In this document: positions 33,188-33,905 of the stretch, piece after piece
How positions within the stretch are numbered: the stretch's first letter is position 1
How the letters are laid out: each line of letters opens with the position of its first letter
IMG/VR virus record: IMGVR_UViG_3300032236_001084
Span: 1-33,905 of that record
Reading direction: 5' to 3' (one strand)
Length of the DNA stretch: 33,905 bases
DNA from: a virus
Lineage: Duplodnaviria > Caudoviricetes
Notes under the pieces: generated by a model
Databases searched by the model: none
What the model was told of the DNA's origin: nothing
Seen by the model: only the letters and a program-made list of their open reading frames with translations
Program-made: the position numbers and the translations under genes

Positions 33188-33905
33188 ATGTCCGAAGCAA
33201 ATATAAAAGAAATAATCAGACAGGAATTCGTTAAGTGTGCCACCGATCCGGTATACTTTATGAAAAAATATTACTGGATTCAACATCCACAACGTGGTCG
33301 TATCCAATTTAACCTGTATCAATTCCAGGAACAAGTCCTACATCTATTCCAAAGTAAAGAATACCTTGTAATCAACAAATCAAGACAGTTAGGTATATCA
33401 ACTCTATCTTCTGCTTATGCATTATGGTTGATGTTGTTTCAAAAAGATAAGAACATCCTTGTAATTGCAACCAAGCAAGAAACGGCCAAGAACATGGTAA
33501 CCAAGATTAGGTTTGCCTATGACCAATTACCTTCGTGGTTGAAAGTAAAAGCAGTAGAAGATAATAGATTAAGTCTAAGACTAGCAAATGGATCACAGGT
33601 AAAAGCGGTAGCAGCATCACCAGATGCAGGTCGTTCTGAAGCAGTATCATTATTACTACTGGATGAAGCAGCTTTTATCGATAACATTGATACAATCTTC
33701 ACTGCCGCTCAACAAACCTTAGCAACCGGAGGTCAATGTTTTGCTATCTCAACACCAAACGGTACAGGTAACTGGTTTCATAAGACATATACCAACGCAC
33801 AAATCAAAGAAAACAAATTTGTACCCATATCTCTACCCTGGACTGTTCACCCTGAACGAACACAAACTTGGAGAGATGAACAGGATAAGACCTTAGGAGT
33901 AAGAG
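33188..33905 (+). CDS. terL: Terminase large subunit (T4 gp17-like), 3'-truncated by the window (not in supplied ORF track)
   Basis: MSEANIKEIIRQEFVKCATDPVYFMKKY...FNLYQFQ...INKSRQLGIST (Walker A variant)...LLLLDEAAF (Walker B)...ISTPNGTGNWF. Confidence 0.96.
   Translation, partial: MSEANIKEIIRQEFVKCATDPVYFMKKYYWIQHPQRGRIQFNLYQFQEQVLHLFQSKEYLVINKSRQLGISTLSSAYALWLMLFQKDKNILVIATKQETAKNMVTKIRFAYDQLPSWLKVKAVEDNRLSLRLANGSQVKAVAASPDAGRSEAVSLLLLDEAAFIDNIDTIFTAAQQTLATGGQCFAISTPNGTGNWFHKTYTNAQIKENKFVPISLPWTVHPERTQTWRDEQDKTLGVR

Noticed and set aside
3345-33702. All minus-strand ORFs in the supplied track (e.g. 3345-3548, 10293-10523, 20163-20462, 29627-29884, 33517-33702)
   Set aside because: Short, antisense to well-supported + strand genes, and without recognisable motifs; treated as shadow ORFs.
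1-33905. Stop-codon reassignment (TAG or TGA), as in some Bacteroidota phages
   Set aside because: Code 11 gives long, tightly packed ORFs, and TAG/TGA terminate genes at sensible family ends (e.g. 6837, 14577, 27136).
1-33905. tRNA or rRNA genes
   Set aside because: Intergenic gaps are mostly under 60 nt and no cloverleaf was seen in the one larger gap (33044-33187).

Overview
AT-rich fragment of a large contractile-tailed (T4-like/myovirus-type) dsDNA phage genome, with all credible genes on the + strand and frequent TAATG/ATGA translational coupling. Order: baseplate/tail module (1-15506: gp5-like spike region, gp25-like, gp6-like, 1881-aa wedge/tail protein, three further baseplate/tail proteins); DNA-metabolism trio (T7-type endonuclease I, primase, YqaJ exonuclease); a ~14.7-kb accessory block (17587-32272); GH19 endolysin and two spanin-like membrane proteins; a structured intergenic RNA/terminator; and the 5' part of the terminase large subunit. 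Promoter motifs, A-rich translation starts without obvious Shine-Dalgarno sites, and D-(S/T)-x sequons point to a Bacteroidota host (inference). Most notable observation: ten otherwise unrelated proteins in the accessory block start with the same 10-residue leader, MIKLxx(L/I)(L/I/F)xE. It resembles the T4 internal-protein capsid-targeting sequence that the prohead protease removes after Glu. In one of them (an Ntn-hydrolase) the presumed catalytic Cys is exactly residue 11, so leader removal would activate it. This suggests a modular, leader-tagged set of enzymes packed into the head and delivered to the host (kinase, ART-like, HAD nucleotidase, Ntn hydrolase, cyclotransferase, nuclease-like). 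Also seen: a homing endonuclease that appears to have replaced the 3' end of its target gene, 60-bp LRR-like repeat proteins, and a candidate pseudoknotted RNA upstream of terL. All family calls come from motif recognition by eye; no searches were run.
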